NCBI GenBank assembly: GCA_050916045.1
Contig: CP051526.1
Coordinates: 3,616,001 to 3,680,000 of the forward strand
Direction of reading: 5' to 3'
Length of the DNA: 64,000 nt
Origin: Tepidisphaera sp.
GTDB lineage: Bacteria; Planctomycetota; Phycisphaerae; Phycisphaerales; UBA1924
Shown: piece by piece, positions 1 through 10,150 of the stretch
Position numbering within the stretch: the stretch's first letter is position 1
How the letters are laid out: the number at the start of each line of letters is the position of its first letter
Made by a program: the position numbers and the translations under genes
Notes under the pieces: model-generated
Told to the model about the DNA's origin: nothing
Database searches by the model: none
Seen by the model: only the letters and a program-made list of their open reading frames with translations

Positions 1-1159
1 AGGCCGCGAGGGTTGCTTCGGCGATCTTGGGCCAGGTGAATCGCGAGAGGACGAGTTCGCGGCCCTTCTCGCCCATGGCGCGAGCGGCATCGGGCGACAA
101 GGCCAGCGCTTCCTCGAGAGCTTTCGCGGTGGGCGCGGCACCGAGCGGGGTGACCCATCCAGCTCCGGCTTCGGCGATCTCCGGGAAGTGGCAGCCTTCG
201 GAGACGACCACGGGGCACCGGCAGCCGAGAGCTTCGGTGATGGCGAGGCTGAAGCCTTCTTGGCGGCTTGGCAGACAGAAAACCGCGCTGTCGATCATGG
301 CGGCGAGCTTGTCGGAACCCCAGAGCGGACCGGTGAAGATCACGCGGTCGAGCACGCCGTGCGCGCGAAGCTGGTCGGTCATCGGCTGCTGCATGCCGTC
401 GTCGGGGCCGGCGACCACGAGCAGAACCTCGCGGTCCTTCTTGGCGACCATCGCGAACGCGTCGGCGAGAAAGTCCAAGCCCTTCTTGAAGTGAAGCCGG
501 CTGAGAAAGAGGATGTAGCGCTTGCCACGGAGCTCGGGCCGCTTGGCGATGAACGAGCCGGGGGAGGGCAGGCCCTCGATCTCCTGGGGAAAGACGCCGT
601 TGGGGATGATCACGCCCGGGGTGGAAAGGCCGAGCGGCTTGATCAGGTTCTGCTCATCGGCGTTGCCGAGGTGCAGGAAAGCGGCTCCCTGGAGCATCTT
701 GCGATACCCGAGCATCATCGCGATCTTCTTCTTGAAGTGCTTGACGGGGCCCTGGCCGGACAAACTCCACGGGTCGAGCATGCCGTGAGGCACGATCACG
801 TACGGCTTTTTCTGGGCTCGGGCCGCTTTGGCAGTTTGGAGGATGATCGGGGCCCAGATGGCGTGCAGGTGCAGCCAGTCGTACTCCTTCAGGCCGGATT
901 TGAGCCATTCGGCCGCGGGGTTCAGGAACATCTCACCGAGATTGCTGTGGGGGTCCTCGATCCGGTGGAGCTTGACCTTGTCGAAACCGGGGATGGTGCC
1001 CACGGCTTTGGCGAGGCGCTCATCCGCGGCCGCGTCGCTCTGGTAGAGAACGCCCACCGAGTGCCCCAGCGACGACTGGGCCGCCGCCAGGCGGGCGGCG
1101 ATCATGGGCGGCCCGCCCTTTTGGGGATCGAGGGAGTGGATGACGTGGAGGATGTTCAT
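1..1159 (-). CDS. GT4-family glycosyltransferase (3' end runs off window)
   Basis: Not in ORF track because there is no stop in the window. Manual translation from ATG 1159: MNILHVIHSLDPQKGGPP...HLHAIW...IVPHGML...LFLSRLHFKKGLD...FCLPSRQEGFSLAITEALG, a GT-B EX7E motif. Confidence 0.9.
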   Translation of the reverse strand, partial: MNILHVIHSLDPQKGGPPMIAARLAAAQSSLGHSVGVLYQSDAAADERLAKAVGTIPGFDKVKLHRIEDPHSNLGEMFLNPAAEWLKSGLKEYDWLHLHAIWAPIILQTAKAARAQKKPYVIVPHGMLDPWSLSGQGPVKHFKKKIAMMLGYRKMLQGAAFLHLGNADEQNLIKPLGLSTPGVIIPNGVFPQEIEGLPSPGSFIAKRPELRGKRYILFLSRLHFKKGLDFLADAFAMVAKKDREVLLVVAGPDDGMQQPMTDQLRAHGVLDRVIFTGPLWGSDKLAAMIDSAVFCLPSRQEGFSLAITEALGCRCPVVVSEGCHFPEIAEAGAGWVTPLGAAPTAKALEEALALSPDAARAMGEKGRELVLSRFTWPKIAEATLAA

Positions 1160-1305
1160 GACGGGCGGAGTTTACACCGGGTGAGAGGGGCCTAATGCGG
1201 AGTCTTCCACAGATTAGCACGCACAACCGGCGATGGTTTTCTCCTTGGCGAATCGGGGCGGCCCGGCTAATCTCCTCGTAGGTCCCTTTACGTAGAAAGA
1301 AGAGC

Positions 1306-2331
1306 ATGAAAAAAGCACTGATTTTCGCTTGCGTGGCCGGAACCGCGATGACGGCGTCGGCTCAGGATTACCTCCTTGTCGTGGATAGCGGCAACGACCG
1401 CGTCCTCAAAGCCGACCCTGCCACCGGCAACTTCATCGAGAACTTCTGCACCCTGCCTGTGGTCGGCGGCGGCGCGACCCCGAAGGAAGCCCTTCAGGTC
1501 GGGACCGAAGTCTGGGTATCGGACCAGCTTCAGGACAACATCCTCGCGTTCGACGCTTCGGGCACCTTGATTGGCCCGGTGCTGACGTCCGCGAACGGGC
1601 TGGACAACGTTCGCGGCATCGAGGTGACGGACGGCAAGATCTGGGTGACCTGCGGCAGCGGCACCTTCGCCGGCCAGGTGGCCGTCTTCGACCAGACGAC
1701 CCGCACGCTCCTGTTCGCGGTCGCCGTCGGCGGCAGCCCGTTTGACGCCAAGCTCTACAACGGCGAGATCCTCGTGAGCAACTCCACGTCCCACGACATC
1801 GACCGGGTCGCGCTGGACGGCACGATCCTCGGCAAGTTCGTCGATTCGACGGCGGCGGACGCTCCGCTTGACTTCCCCCAGCAGACGACCCCCCTCGCCG
1901 ACGGGTCGGAAGTTCTCGTGGCGGAGTTCTCGAGCACCGAGGAGGTCTTCCGCTTTGACCCGACGGGCGTTCTCCTGCAGGAGATCGACACGGCTCCCGT
2001 CGGGGGGCTCCGCGGCGTGTATCCGCTGACCAACGGCAAGTACCTCATCACCAACGCGGCCGGCGTGCACACGTACTTGGCCGGTGAAGGCACGCAGACA
2101 GTGATTTCGGGCGGCAACTTCCAGTACATCAGTCTCTACCGGGCCGGCCCAAGCTGCCCGCCGGACTTCAACGGCGATGGCTTCTTGGACTTCTTCGACT
2201 ACGACGATTACGTCAACTGCTTCGAGACGGGCAACTGCCCCTCCGGTCGTACCGCCGACTTCAACGGCGACAACTTCGTCGATTTCTTCGACTACGACGC
2301 GTACGTCGAAGCTTTCGAAATCGGCTGCTAA
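1306..2331 (+). CDS. Secreted beta-propeller (NHL-like) protein with C-terminal GC-type dockerin-like domain
   Basis: Signal peptide MKKALIFACVAGTAMTASAQ; repeated blade-like units; ends CPPDFNGDGFLDFFDYDDY...DFNGDNFVDFFDYDAYVEAFEIGC. Confidence 0.85.
   Translation: MKKALIFACVAGTAMTASAQDYLLVVDSGNDRVLKADPATGNFIENFCTLPVVGGGATPKEALQVGTEVWVSDQLQDNILAFDASGTLIGPVLTSANGLDNVRGIEVTDGKIWVTCGSGTFAGQVAVFDQTTRTLLFAVAVGGSPFDAKLYNGEILVSNSTSHDIDRVALDGTILGKFVDSTAADAPLDFPQQTTPLADGSEVLVAEFSSTEEVFRFDPTGVLLQEIDTAPVGGLRGVYPLTNGKYLITNAAGVHTYLAGEGTQTVISGGNFQYISLYRAGPSCPPDFNGDGFLDFFDYDDYVNCFETGNCPSGRTADFNGDNFVDFFDYDAYVEAFEIGC
2155..2331 (+). repeat. Dispersed ~170-bp dockerin-like coding cassette (representative copy; 11 copies in window)
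   Basis: GACTTCTTCGACTACGAC-type core, twice per copy, at the 3' ends of the genes ending 2331, 4302, 26641, 28896, 32126, 36733, 38355, 39691 (+) and 50093, 51507, 52635 (-). Confidence 0.95.
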
Positions 2332-2430
2332 GCGGAAATTCACCGCCTCACGCCCGAAAACCTCGCGTTTGAGCAATAGATCACGCGACCGACCGTTGCT
2401 CCGGGAACCCCTGTTCCCGGAGCATTTTTC

Positions 2431-4302
2431 ATGGCGTCTACCAAACTCTCCTCCCCCTCGCATCTCTCCCGCCTGTCCGGTCGCGGCGCGACCTTCCTTC
2501 TCGCGGCGGGGCTGCCGGTTGCCACCGTCGGCTTGCTCGCCGCGTCCGGACTGGTCTACGCCCTGCCCCCGGTGCTCTTCCCGGCTGAGAACCCCTTGTC
2601 AGAAGAGAAGCGTGTCCTTGGGAAGATCCTGTTCTTCGACGAACAGCTCTCGACTTCCAATGTGGTCGCGTGTGCGACGTGCCACTCCTTCGGCAACGCG
2701 GGAGCCGATCCGCGGCTCGCGCGGCATCCCGGGGACGATGGCATGCTGAACACCCCCGACGACATCCTGGGCTCCGCGGGGATCATCCGCTCGGACGAGC
2801 AGAACGACTTTGAGCCTGACCCGCTTTTCGCGTTCCGGCCGCAGATCACGGATCGGGCCGCGAACTCGCCGATCAACGCGGCCTTCTCCCGGCTTCTGTT
2901 CTGGGACGGCCGCGCGAGGGAGCAGTTCATCAGCCCCGAGACGGGCCAGGTGGCCATCGCGCAGCGCGGCGCGCTCGAGTCCCAGGCACTCCAGCCGATC
3001 GTGAACACCATCGAGATGGCGCACGCGGGTGTGGACTTCACGAACGTGAACGAGCGCCTCGCCACGGCGGTGCCGCTCAACCTTGCGACCAACCGCCCGG
3101 CCGATGTCGCGACGGCTCTCGCCGGCCGGCCGACGTACGGCGACCTCTTCGAGCGTGCCTTCGGCGATCCCGAGATTACCGCAACGCGGATCGCCTTCGC
3201 GATCGCGACCTACCAGCGCACGCTGATCTCGGATCAGACGCCGTTTGATCGCTTCCGCGCCGGGCAGCAGAACGCCCTGACGGCGGCCCAGCAACGGGGC
3301 CTCAACGCTTTCCAGGGTGCGGCTCGCTGCTCCGTGTGCCACACGGTGAACAACGATCTCCTCACGGACGACACCTTCCGCAACATCGGGCTGCGTCCGC
3401 CCGCCGAGGACATCGGGCGTCAAGCCGTCACGGGACTGGCAGGCGATCTCGGCCGATTCAAGGTCCCGGGCCTCCGCAACGTCGGCCTCAAGCGGACGTT
3501 CATGCACAACGGCCAGTTCCAGACGCTGACCGACGTGCTCCGGTTCTACGCCAGGGCCCCAGGCGCGGCTCCCCAGTTCCCCGAGAACCGCGACCCCGTG
3601 ATCCCGCAGATCGCGTTGCCGCCGAACGCCGCGGCCGACATCCAGGACCTGCTCCAGAACGGCATGACCGACCCGCGCGTCGCGAACCGCACGTTCCCCT
3701 TCGATGCGCCCACACTGTTCAGCCAGCGCCCCAACGATCAAGCGACGCCCATCGGCGGCGGCGTTCCGGGCTCGGGCGGCGTGATCCCGCGCATCGTGGT
3801 GCAAGCCCCGCCGATGGTGGGCAACCGCGACTTCCGGATCGGCGTCGAGGGTGTGCTCGGCGGAGCGACGCTCCGCCTGGCCATCTCCTCAAGCCCGCCT
3901 GTCGCCGGGCGCATCACGCCCGAGCGTCTGTTTGACGTCCAGACCGCTTCGGGTGTCGGCGCCGGCAACGGCTACGCGACCGCGCACTGGCCGCTGCTTC
4001 CGGACCAGGTTTCGCAGGGGCAAGTGCTCTTCGCGCAGTGGATCGTGACCGACCCCGGCGCGGCGGGCGGCACGGCCCTGTCGGTCGTCGGCCGGTTGCC
4101 GATCTTCTGCGGAGCTTCGGGGTGCCCCACCGCTTGCGGCCCGGCCGACATCAACGCCGACGGGTTCCTGGACTTCTTTGACTACGACTCGTTCGTCGAA
4201 GCCTTCGAGGCCGGCAACATGGTCGCGGACTACAACGAAGACCAGTTCCTGGACTTCTTTGACTACGACGATTACCTCGCGGCTTTCGAAACCGGGTGCT
4301 GA
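2431..4302 (+). CDS. Di-haem cytochrome c peroxidase/MauG-family protein with C-terminal dockerin-like domain
   Basis: Two CxxCH motifs (CATCH, CSVCH); LGKILFFD, FWDGRA, FKVPGLRNV and FMHNGQF motifs; dockerin-GC tail. Confidence 0.9.
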   Translation: MASTKLSSPSHLSRLSGRGATFLLAAGLPVATVGLLAASGLVYALPPVLFPAENPLSEEKRVLGKILFFDEQLSTSNVVACATCHSFGNAGADPRLARHPGDDGMLNTPDDILGSAGIIRSDEQNDFEPDPLFAFRPQITDRAANSPINAAFSRLLFWDGRAREQFISPETGQVAIAQRGALESQALQPIVNTIEMAHAGVDFTNVNERLATAVPLNLATNRPADVATALAGRPTYGDLFERAFGDPEITATRIAFAIATYQRTLISDQTPFDRFRAGQQNALTAAQQRGLNAFQGAARCSVCHTVNNDLLTDDTFRNIGLRPPAEDIGRQAVTGLAGDLGRFKVPGLRNVGLKRTFMHNGQFQTLTDVLRFYARAPGAAPQFPENRDPVIPQIALPPNAAADIQDLLQNGMTDPRVANRTFPFDAPTLFSQRPNDQATPIGGGVPGSGGVIPRIVVQAPPMVGNRDFRIGVEGVLGGATLRLAISSSPPVAGRITPERLFDVQTASGVGAGNGYATAHWPLLPDQVSQGQVLFAQWIVTDPGAAGGTALSVVGRLPIFCGASGCPTACGPADINADGFLDFFDYDSFVEAFEAGNMVADYNEDQFLDFFDYDDYLAAFETGC

Positions 4303-4308
4303 CCCGAT

Positions 4309-4644
4309 TTAGCCCGCCCGAGGACCGCCGAAGAGGCTGGAGAGTTGATCGCTGAGCTCGCTCCGCGCGCTGCGATACTCCGTCATCAGCTTCATGCGGT
4401 CGCTGGTTTCCGAACCGACCTTCGTCAAGCGGTCGTTGAACTGCTTGCGGATCTCCTCCAGCTTCTTGAGCTGTTCGGGCGAGGGGTTCTGGTTGCGGAT
4501 CATGTTGTCGAGGCGCTTGTTGACCTCGGCCATTTCCGAAGCGAGCGGGTTGGACTGCTTGTCGGAGGAGGGGCCCGCTTTCTTGTGCTTGGCGGAGTGC
4601 ATGATCTGGAAAGCCGAGTCGGACATCTGGCTGGGAATCCGCAT
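4309..4644 (-). CDS. Small helical hypothetical protein (111 aa)
   Basis: ATG at 4644 preceded by AAGGAG; host-like codon usage; sigma54-like promoter upstream. Confidence 0.75.
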   Translation of the reverse strand: MRIPSQMSDSAFQIMHSAKHKKAGPSSDKQSNPLASEMAEVNKRLDNMIRNQNPSPEQLKKLEEIRKQFNDRLTKVGSETSDRMKLMTEYRSARSELSDQLSSLFGGPRAG

Positions 4645-4685
4645 GGTGAATCTCCTTGCCGCGACCTTGCGGCAGTGAGCCCCAC

Positions 4686-4700
4686 GCAATCACCGTGCCA
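4686..4700 (-). promoter_or_regulatory. Sigma54 (-24/-12) promoter
   Basis: Minus strand TGGCAC-GGTGA-TTGC matches the TGGCAC-N5-TTGC consensus, about 40 nt upstream of ATG 4644. Confidence 0.7.
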
Positions 4701-4824
4701 GACCGGGATCGAGCCGCAACGACCACCCCGCGCAAAGCCGGCCGATCTCGCGCAGGTTTCGCTTCCTCCGTGCGCCCCACCCCGAGCCATGACCCTCCGA
4801 CCCGCCAGCGGGTAATCTGAGCGG

Positions 4825-7713
4825 ATGCTTGCTCCCCTCGTCGTCGCGCTGCTTTCGTCCCTTCCTCTCGCATCCGAACCCGGCCGCGCCGTCTGGATCG
4901 CGCCCGCACGGGCACCCCAAGCCGCGACCGCCGAGCCCGCGTGGATCTGGGCCCAGGCACCCGGCAAGCCGGCACCGACCACGCAGAACGCGCCCGCCGA
5001 GTCCGTCTCGCTGACGCGGGAGCTCACCATTCCTCCCGGCACCAAGCCCGTTCGGGCCCGGGCGTGGCTCGCCGCGGACAACTCGGCCGAACTGCTCATC
5101 GGCTCCCAGCACGTCCTTTCCTCCAAGAGCTGGTCCGCGCCGACGAACTCGGAGATCGACCCCAAGCTTCTCTCCGCGAACGCGACGCTCACGATCCGAG
5201 CGAGCAACATCGCTGCAAGCGGGGCTCGCCCCTCGGTCGACCCGGCTGGAGCCGCGATGCTCCTCACGCTCACGCTCGACGACGGCCGCACCATCACCAT
5301 CGCGACCGACGCTTCCTGGAAGGGCTCGGTCGACGGCGTAAACGCCGAAAGCACGCCCGCCGTGGTGCTCGGGCCGCTCGGCGTCGCGCCATGGAGTTTG
5401 TCCGCCAGCGCGCTCGCCGAGCCCGAGCCCTGCCCGAGGCTCCGTCGGTCCTTCACGCTCGCGGAAGCCCCCACCGCCGCGAGCGTGCGGGTGATCGGTC
5501 TGGGGCACTATGAGCTTCGTTGCAACGGCCGGGTCGTGGGCGACAGCGTGCTCAATCAAGCCTGGTCCCAGTACGACAAAACGCTTTACTGGCAGACGTT
5601 CGACCTTGCGCCTTATCTGAAAGCCGGCGAGAACGTGCTCGCGGTGACGCTTGGCAATTCGTTCTGGTCGGTCGGGCCCGTGAACGACGCCAAGCGGTTC
5701 AGCAAAACCGACGCGACGCCGGATTTCTCCGAAGGGCAGCCGTTCCTCCTTTGGATCGACGGATCCGCGACCGTGAGCGGCAAGACCGTGCCGATCGTGA
5801 CGGACGAGCGGTGGATCGCCGGGCCCGGGCCGCTCACGTTCTCGCACATCTACGGCGGCGAGGATTTCGACGCGCGGCTTGACACCTTCGGCTGGGATCT
5901 CGCCGGCGCGACGCCGGACGGGTGGAAGCCCGTCGCGACCGCCAAGCAGCCCGTCGCGACGCTCGCCGAGCTTCCCTCGCCCCCCGTCAAGACCTTTGAG
6001 GTCTTCGACGTCGTCGAGGTCCGCCCGCTCGATGAGCGGACGTTCACCTACGTCTTCCCGCAGAACTGCTCATCGTTCCTCCGGTTCGAAATCGAGGGCA
6101 AAGCCGGGCAGCGCGTCCGTTTCAAGCCCTGCGAGTACATGCAGCCCGACGGCCGCGTGAAATTCACCTACACCTGGGGCACCGGAAAGGACATCTGGCA
6201 CGACTACACCCTCGCGGGTCGCGGCATCGAGAAGCACCAGACGGTCTTCTGCTACGTCGGAGCCCAGTTCGTGCAGGTCGAGGGCGCCGTGCCCGACGGC
6301 AACCCCAACCCCCTCGGCTTGCCCGTGCTTCGGTCGCTTCAAATGGTGCACACGCGAGCGGCGTGCCCCGAGATCGGCGCCTTCGAGACCGGCGACCGGA
6401 TCCAGGACGGAGCGTTCAAGCTCATCGACTGGTCGATCAAAAGCAACATGAGCCACGTGCCGACCGACTGCCCGCACCGCGAGAAGAATGGCTGGCTCGA
6501 GCAGAACTGGCACATGGCCCGAGCAATCTCGTACCGCTACGACATCCACGGATGGTTCACGAAGGTCTGCATCGACATGCGCGATGCTCAGATCGCGGGC
6601 GGGCAGGACGATGGGTTCATCCCGACCAACGCGCCGTGGTATCTCGTCGGGCGGCCGCGGCACGACACGTACAACGACGCTCCCGAGTGGGGCATCGCGT
6701 CGGTCATGGTGCCGTGGCATCTGTACGAGTGGTACGGCGACAAGAAGCCGCTCGAAGCCAGCTTCGCGAGCATGAAGCGGTACGTCGACTACCTCGAACG
6801 CATCGCCAAGGACGGCCTCATCTCAAGCAACCTCGGCGACTGGTACGACTACGGCCACGGCAAAGGCGACGGGCCCTCGCAGTGGACGCCGAGCGAGGTC
6901 TCGGCGACGGCGATCTGGGCCATGGGCGCGAGGACGGTCGCCAATGCGGCCCGCGTCCTCGACAAGCCCGACGATGAGCGGAAGTACCGCGTCATGTTCG
7001 AGACGATCCGCTCGAACTTCATCGCGAAGTTCTACGACCCCGTCGCCGCGACGATCAAGCACGGCGGCTCGTGCCAAGCGGGCACCTCCGCCGCGATCTG
7101 CCTGGGCCTCATGCCCCCGGGCGACACGCCGCGGGCGATCCAAGCGATCCTCGCGGACCTGAAAGCACGCAAGTGGCAGCAGACCACCGGCGAGGTGCTC
7201 CACATCTTCCTCGTGCGGGCACTCGCCGAGCACGGCGGGCGCGAAGGAAGCGATGCGCTGCACCGCGTGTACGCGCGGACCGAGCGCGGAAGCTACGGGT
7301 TCATGGTCGAGTCAGGGCTCACGACGCTCCCGGAGAGCTGGGATGCCAAGCCCGGCACCGGCAACAGCATGAGCCACCTGATGCTCGGCCAGCTCATGGA
7401 ATGGCACTTCGCGTACGTCGCCGGCATCCGGCAAGCACCGGGCTCGGTGGGTTGGTCGTCCGTCGTGATCGCGCCGCAGCCAAGCCCCGCCGCCCCGGAC
7501 GGCAAACCCCTCCTGCCCCACGCGAGAGCCGTGTTCCAAAGCCCGCGCGGCGAGATCCGAACGAGTTGGACGATCCGAGAAGGGACGTTTGCCCTTGACT
7601 GCGAGGTGCCGGAAGGTGTCAAAGCCCGCATCATCCTGCCCGACGGCAGCGAGTACACCCCGTCGCCAACGCGGACGCGGTTTGAGTGTGCGTGGCCGGT
7701 GAAGGGAAAGTGA
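4825..7713 (+). CDS. Alpha-L-rhamnosidase, GH78
   Basis: Signal peptide; GLGHYELRCNG, IYGGEDFDAR, PTDCPHREKNGW, GLTTLPESW and SMSHLMLG motifs. Confidence 0.9.
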   Translation: MLAPLVVALLSSLPLASEPGRAVWIAPARAPQAATAEPAWIWAQAPGKPAPTTQNAPAESVSLTRELTIPPGTKPVRARAWLAADNSAELLIGSQHVLSSKSWSAPTNSEIDPKLLSANATLTIRASNIAASGARPSVDPAGAAMLLTLTLDDGRTITIATDASWKGSVDGVNAESTPAVVLGPLGVAPWSLSASALAEPEPCPRLRRSFTLAEAPTAASVRVIGLGHYELRCNGRVVGDSVLNQAWSQYDKTLYWQTFDLAPYLKAGENVLAVTLGNSFWSVGPVNDAKRFSKTDATPDFSEGQPFLLWIDGSATVSGKTVPIVTDERWIAGPGPLTFSHIYGGEDFDARLDTFGWDLAGATPDGWKPVATAKQPVATLAELPSPPVKTFEVFDVVEVRPLDERTFTYVFPQNCSSFLRFEIEGKAGQRVRFKPCEYMQPDGRVKFTYTWGTGKDIWHDYTLAGRGIEKHQTVFCYVGAQFVQVEGAVPDGNPNPLGLPVLRSLQMVHTRAACPEIGAFETGDRIQDGAFKLIDWSIKSNMSHVPTDCPHREKNGWLEQNWHMARAISYRYDIHGWFTKVCIDMRDAQIAGGQDDGFIPTNAPWYLVGRPRHDTYNDAPEWGIASVMVPWHLYEWYGDKKPLEASFASMKRYVDYLERIAKDGLISSNLGDWYDYGHGKGDGPSQWTPSEVSATAIWAMGARTVANAARVLDKPDDERKYRVMFETIRSNFIAKFYDPVAATIKHGGSCQAGTSAAICLGLMPPGDTPRAIQAILADLKARKWQQTTGEVLHIFLVRALAEHGGREGSDALHRVYARTERGSYGFMVESGLTTLPESWDAKPGTGNSMSHLMLGQLMEWHFAYVAGIRQAPGSVGWSSVVIAPQPSPAAPDGKPLLPHARAVFQSPRGEIRTSWTIREGTFALDCEVPEGVKARIILPDGSEYTPSPTRTRFECAWPVKGK

Positions 7714-7824
7714 GGGAACGGGTGGTCCCCGTTGGGTAGCGTCAGTGAACACCGCACCAAGGTTGCCGATCGCGCGAGGGACGCACGCGGCGTGTCCTGA
7801 TGCCCTTCCGCGAGCGACGCCCGT

Positions 7825-7862
7825 CCATCGGTAGGGTCGAAGCGACCCAACCGATGGCACCC
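7825..7862. repeat. REP-like palindrome ending in TGGCACCC
   Basis: CCATCGGTAGGGTCG-AAG-CGACCCAACCGATGG hairpin followed by CACCC; same terminal motif as the copies at 14060-14101 and 16148-16186. Confidence 0.55.
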
Positions 7863-7863
7863 A

Positions 7864-8526
7864 TCACCCCGCGCCGACCAAGGCGCGGCGTATCGACTCG
7901 GGAAGCTCGGCGATGGGCACCACGCGGTCGAGAAGTCGCTCGACGGTTTCGGTCAATTCCTGTTCGGCATCCACGGCGCGAATCGAGCAGCGCGAGCCGG
8001 AGCATTCGTGCATCACGATGATCCCGTGCTCGGAAACAACCTTCCGAGTCCGCTCGGGGATCGTCGTGTCCCCGGGCGTGAGCACGAAGTCGGTCGCTTC
8101 GACGACCCACGCCAAATCCGGCTCCACCCTGAGGAAGAGGGCATCGAGCTCCCCCTCAGCGAGCCCCCACACCACGACGGCGAGGTCGGCGGTCGCCACG
8201 GTCTCCGTGACGCGCCGGGGTGTGCGTTGCCTTCGCCAATAGCCGTCCGCCAAAGCCATGCCGAAGGCGAGTGCCATGCCGCCGACCAAGCCGATCGAGG
8301 CATACCACGCCAGCAAGCCGATCCACACGGAAAGAAAGTTCGGCTTCGGCACCAAGACGCTCTCGGTCCACCTCACGAGCGCCAGCACCAGCGAGATCGC
8401 GCCTGCGGCGCTCAGCGAGAAAAGCAGCGAACCGGCGACCATCGCCGCGGTCGGGACAAGCCTGACCCGCCCCCTGAACCCTGCGATCTCCTCGGGCGTC
8501 GCCGGTCTTTCGTATCGCTGGAACAC
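7864..8526 (-). CDS. Two-TM membrane protein, paralog of 20941..21588
   Basis: GGAGG SD before GTG; two hydrophobic helices; shares ATAD...LxxRVEPD...DTxIP...AELPExIRRA with the 20941 gene. Confidence 0.75.
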   Translation of the reverse strand: MFQRYERPATPEEIAGFRGRVRLVPTAAMVAGSLLFSLSAAGAISLVLALVRWTESVLVPKPNFLSVWIGLLAWYASIGLVGGMALAFGMALADGYWRRQRTPRRVTETVATADLAVVVWGLAEGELDALFLRVEPDLAWVVEATDFVLTPGDTTIPERTRKVVSEHGIIVMHECSGSRCSIRAVDAEQELTETVERLLDRVVPIAELPESIRRALVGAG

Positions 8527-8536
8527 TCCGAACCTC

Positions 8537-8606
8537 CTACCGCATCATGTCCGTCAGCACTTCAAGCCCGCGCTCGAGGTTCTTCATCGGCGTCGCGAGC
8601 GATAAG
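8537..8606 (-). repeat. Duplicate of the aminotransferase 3' end (att-like direct repeat; other copy 10151..10220)
   Basis: First 36 nt identical to 10151-10186, then scattered mismatches; encodes LSLATPMKNLERGLEVLTDMMR* versus LSFATPMANLERGLEVLTDMMR*. Confidence 0.9.
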
Positions 8607-8996
8607 GCCTTCCGGCGTCATCACATAGTCGTGATCTGATGCATCCCTGCCGTAGGTGTTGATCATCACGGCGATCCGCCCGGGGAATAAAGTCTGCGGC
8701 GCTCCACCGGTGGGGTACAGACCCGCCAGAATCGCGTTGGCGGTGGCGGTGGCCGCAGAGGTCGGCGTCACTTCACGGTACCCCACCCGACCGTTGGGTT
8801 TAGTGTAGCGTTCCGTCGCGTTAATAAATATCATGCGGTTGAACTTGGAATCTGTCCAATCCCACGGACTCCCAGCCTGAGTAAACGGTGGATTGTGCCA
8901 CGCGTAGAACTTCGGCTCTTGAAAGGTCTGAGCCACGGCGACGCCCGAGAACATCACCGCGAACGCTGCACCTGCCAAGCGAGTTGCATGGAACAT
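8562..8996 (-). pseudogene. Truncated secreted protein; runs out of frame into the duplicated aminotransferase tail
   Basis: Signal peptide MFHATRLAGAAFAVMFSGVAVAQ; AT-richer codons; the last ~14 aa are derived from the repeat. Confidence 0.6.
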
Positions 8997-10150
8997 GGGT
9001 ACCTTTCAGAGTGACATGGACCGTTTGCGACGGAATTGAGCCGTGGCCGCGATGCTTAACAATCCAAACGTGCCCGGAGCGGGAATGGTGGCGACAAAGC
9101 CGATCCGTTCGCGAGCGGAATTCAACGCTTGCCCGGCGAACATCATCCCATCCGCCGAAACCGATGTGCACTTGAGGAGGGTCCACGAAGGGTCGAGCAT
9201 GACGCCGTGCGCGGTTAAAAACTCCGAGAGTTGCTCAAAACCGCGCCCGGCGGTCCAGATCGCCGCCGATTGATCGCCTACGCCCATACTACCGACCACA
9301 ACACTGCCAGAGTCGTTCACCGCATAACCGATCGAACTGAACTCTCCGGCAGGCCCCAGCAGTTCCGGGCGACCATTACGCCAGATAGCCATCTGGAGCA
9401 ATCCGGTCTGCCCAACGATCAATGAACCGTCGACATTCGTGGCGTACCCGCCGGTGCTGTACTGGAGGCTTCCGATGTGCTGAAGCCTCCGAATGCCGCC
9501 ATCCGCCGTCCAGACAAACCCGTTGCTGAACTGCCCCGTGCTCGTCCCGACGATGGTGGACCCATCCCGGCTAACTCCGTTCGCTTGGCTGGCCACATCT
9601 CCTGGGAGCGGAGCAATCACCCGCATCCCGGCTTCTTCGGTCCACACCGTAGCAAGCGTGTAACTGAACCGATTGAATGCGTACCCCGAGACCACGGAAC
9701 CGTTGTTGCTCACTCCAGTGGCGATCGTTCCGTCCATGCCGGTGATCAAGCCGAGGCCCCGGCCAGTACCTTGTCCGGACCACATAAACGCGTCCCGACC
9801 CAACGCTTTCTCGCCCACAACCGTCTGGCCGTCTCCAGAAACCGCCATGCCACGCGAATAGCTGCCCGGAAACTCATCGGCGATTCTGTAGACACCCACG
9901 TCTCGCGACCACCAAATCGCGCCCCCATTCCTCGATCCCGAAGCCGACCTCCCATCCGCCGAGAGCCCGGTGATCTCCGTCGTGCCCGCGATGTAGTCGA
10001 TGGTTTGGCCGCTCGCTTCGGTCACGACCGAAACCAGAACCACCGCAAACGCCCCGAGAACCCTCATACGCAGCCCTCCAAACCTCAGCATACAGGTTTG
10101 GGGGAGGGGTGCAAGGGGAAAACGTGGTTATCGGAGAAATTTCCCGCTTT
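8607..10150. mobile_element. Remnant of an integrated element (AT-richer insert between the two aminotransferase 3'-end copies; no integrase left)
   Basis: Flanking ~70-bp direct repeat, atypical composition, truncated cargo gene. Confidence 0.65.
9006..10067 (-). CDS. HAF-repeat extracellular protein with PEP-CTERM-type (IPAPG) sorting signal
   Basis: Repeats of A.GVS.DG..VVG; ends IPAPGTFGLLSIAATAQFRRKR; GGAGG SD. Confidence 0.85.
   Translation of the reverse strand: MRVLGAFAVVLVSVVTEASGQTIDYIAGTTEITGLSADGRSASGSRNGGAIWWSRDVGVYRIADEFPGSYSRGMAVSGDGQTVVGEKALGRDAFMWSGQGTGRGLGLITGMDGTIATGVSNNGSVVSGYAFNRFSYTLATVWTEEAGMRVIAPLPGDVASQANGVSRDGSTIVGTSTGQFSNGFVWTADGGIRRLQHIGSLQYSTGGYATNVDGSLIVGQTGLLQMAIWRNGRPELLGPAGEFSSIGYAVNDSGSVVVGSMGVGDQSAAIWTAGRGFEQLSEFLTAHGVMLDPSWTLLKCTSVSADGMMFAGQALNSARERIGFVATIPAPGTFGLLSIAATAQFRRKRSMSL

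Noticed and set aside
188..1195. 335-aa plus-strand ORF and similar long overlapping ORFs (e.g. 10109..11416, 46017..47987, 53163..54866, 61391..63343)
   Set aside because: These are antisense shadows of well-supported genes, as expected in high-GC DNA.
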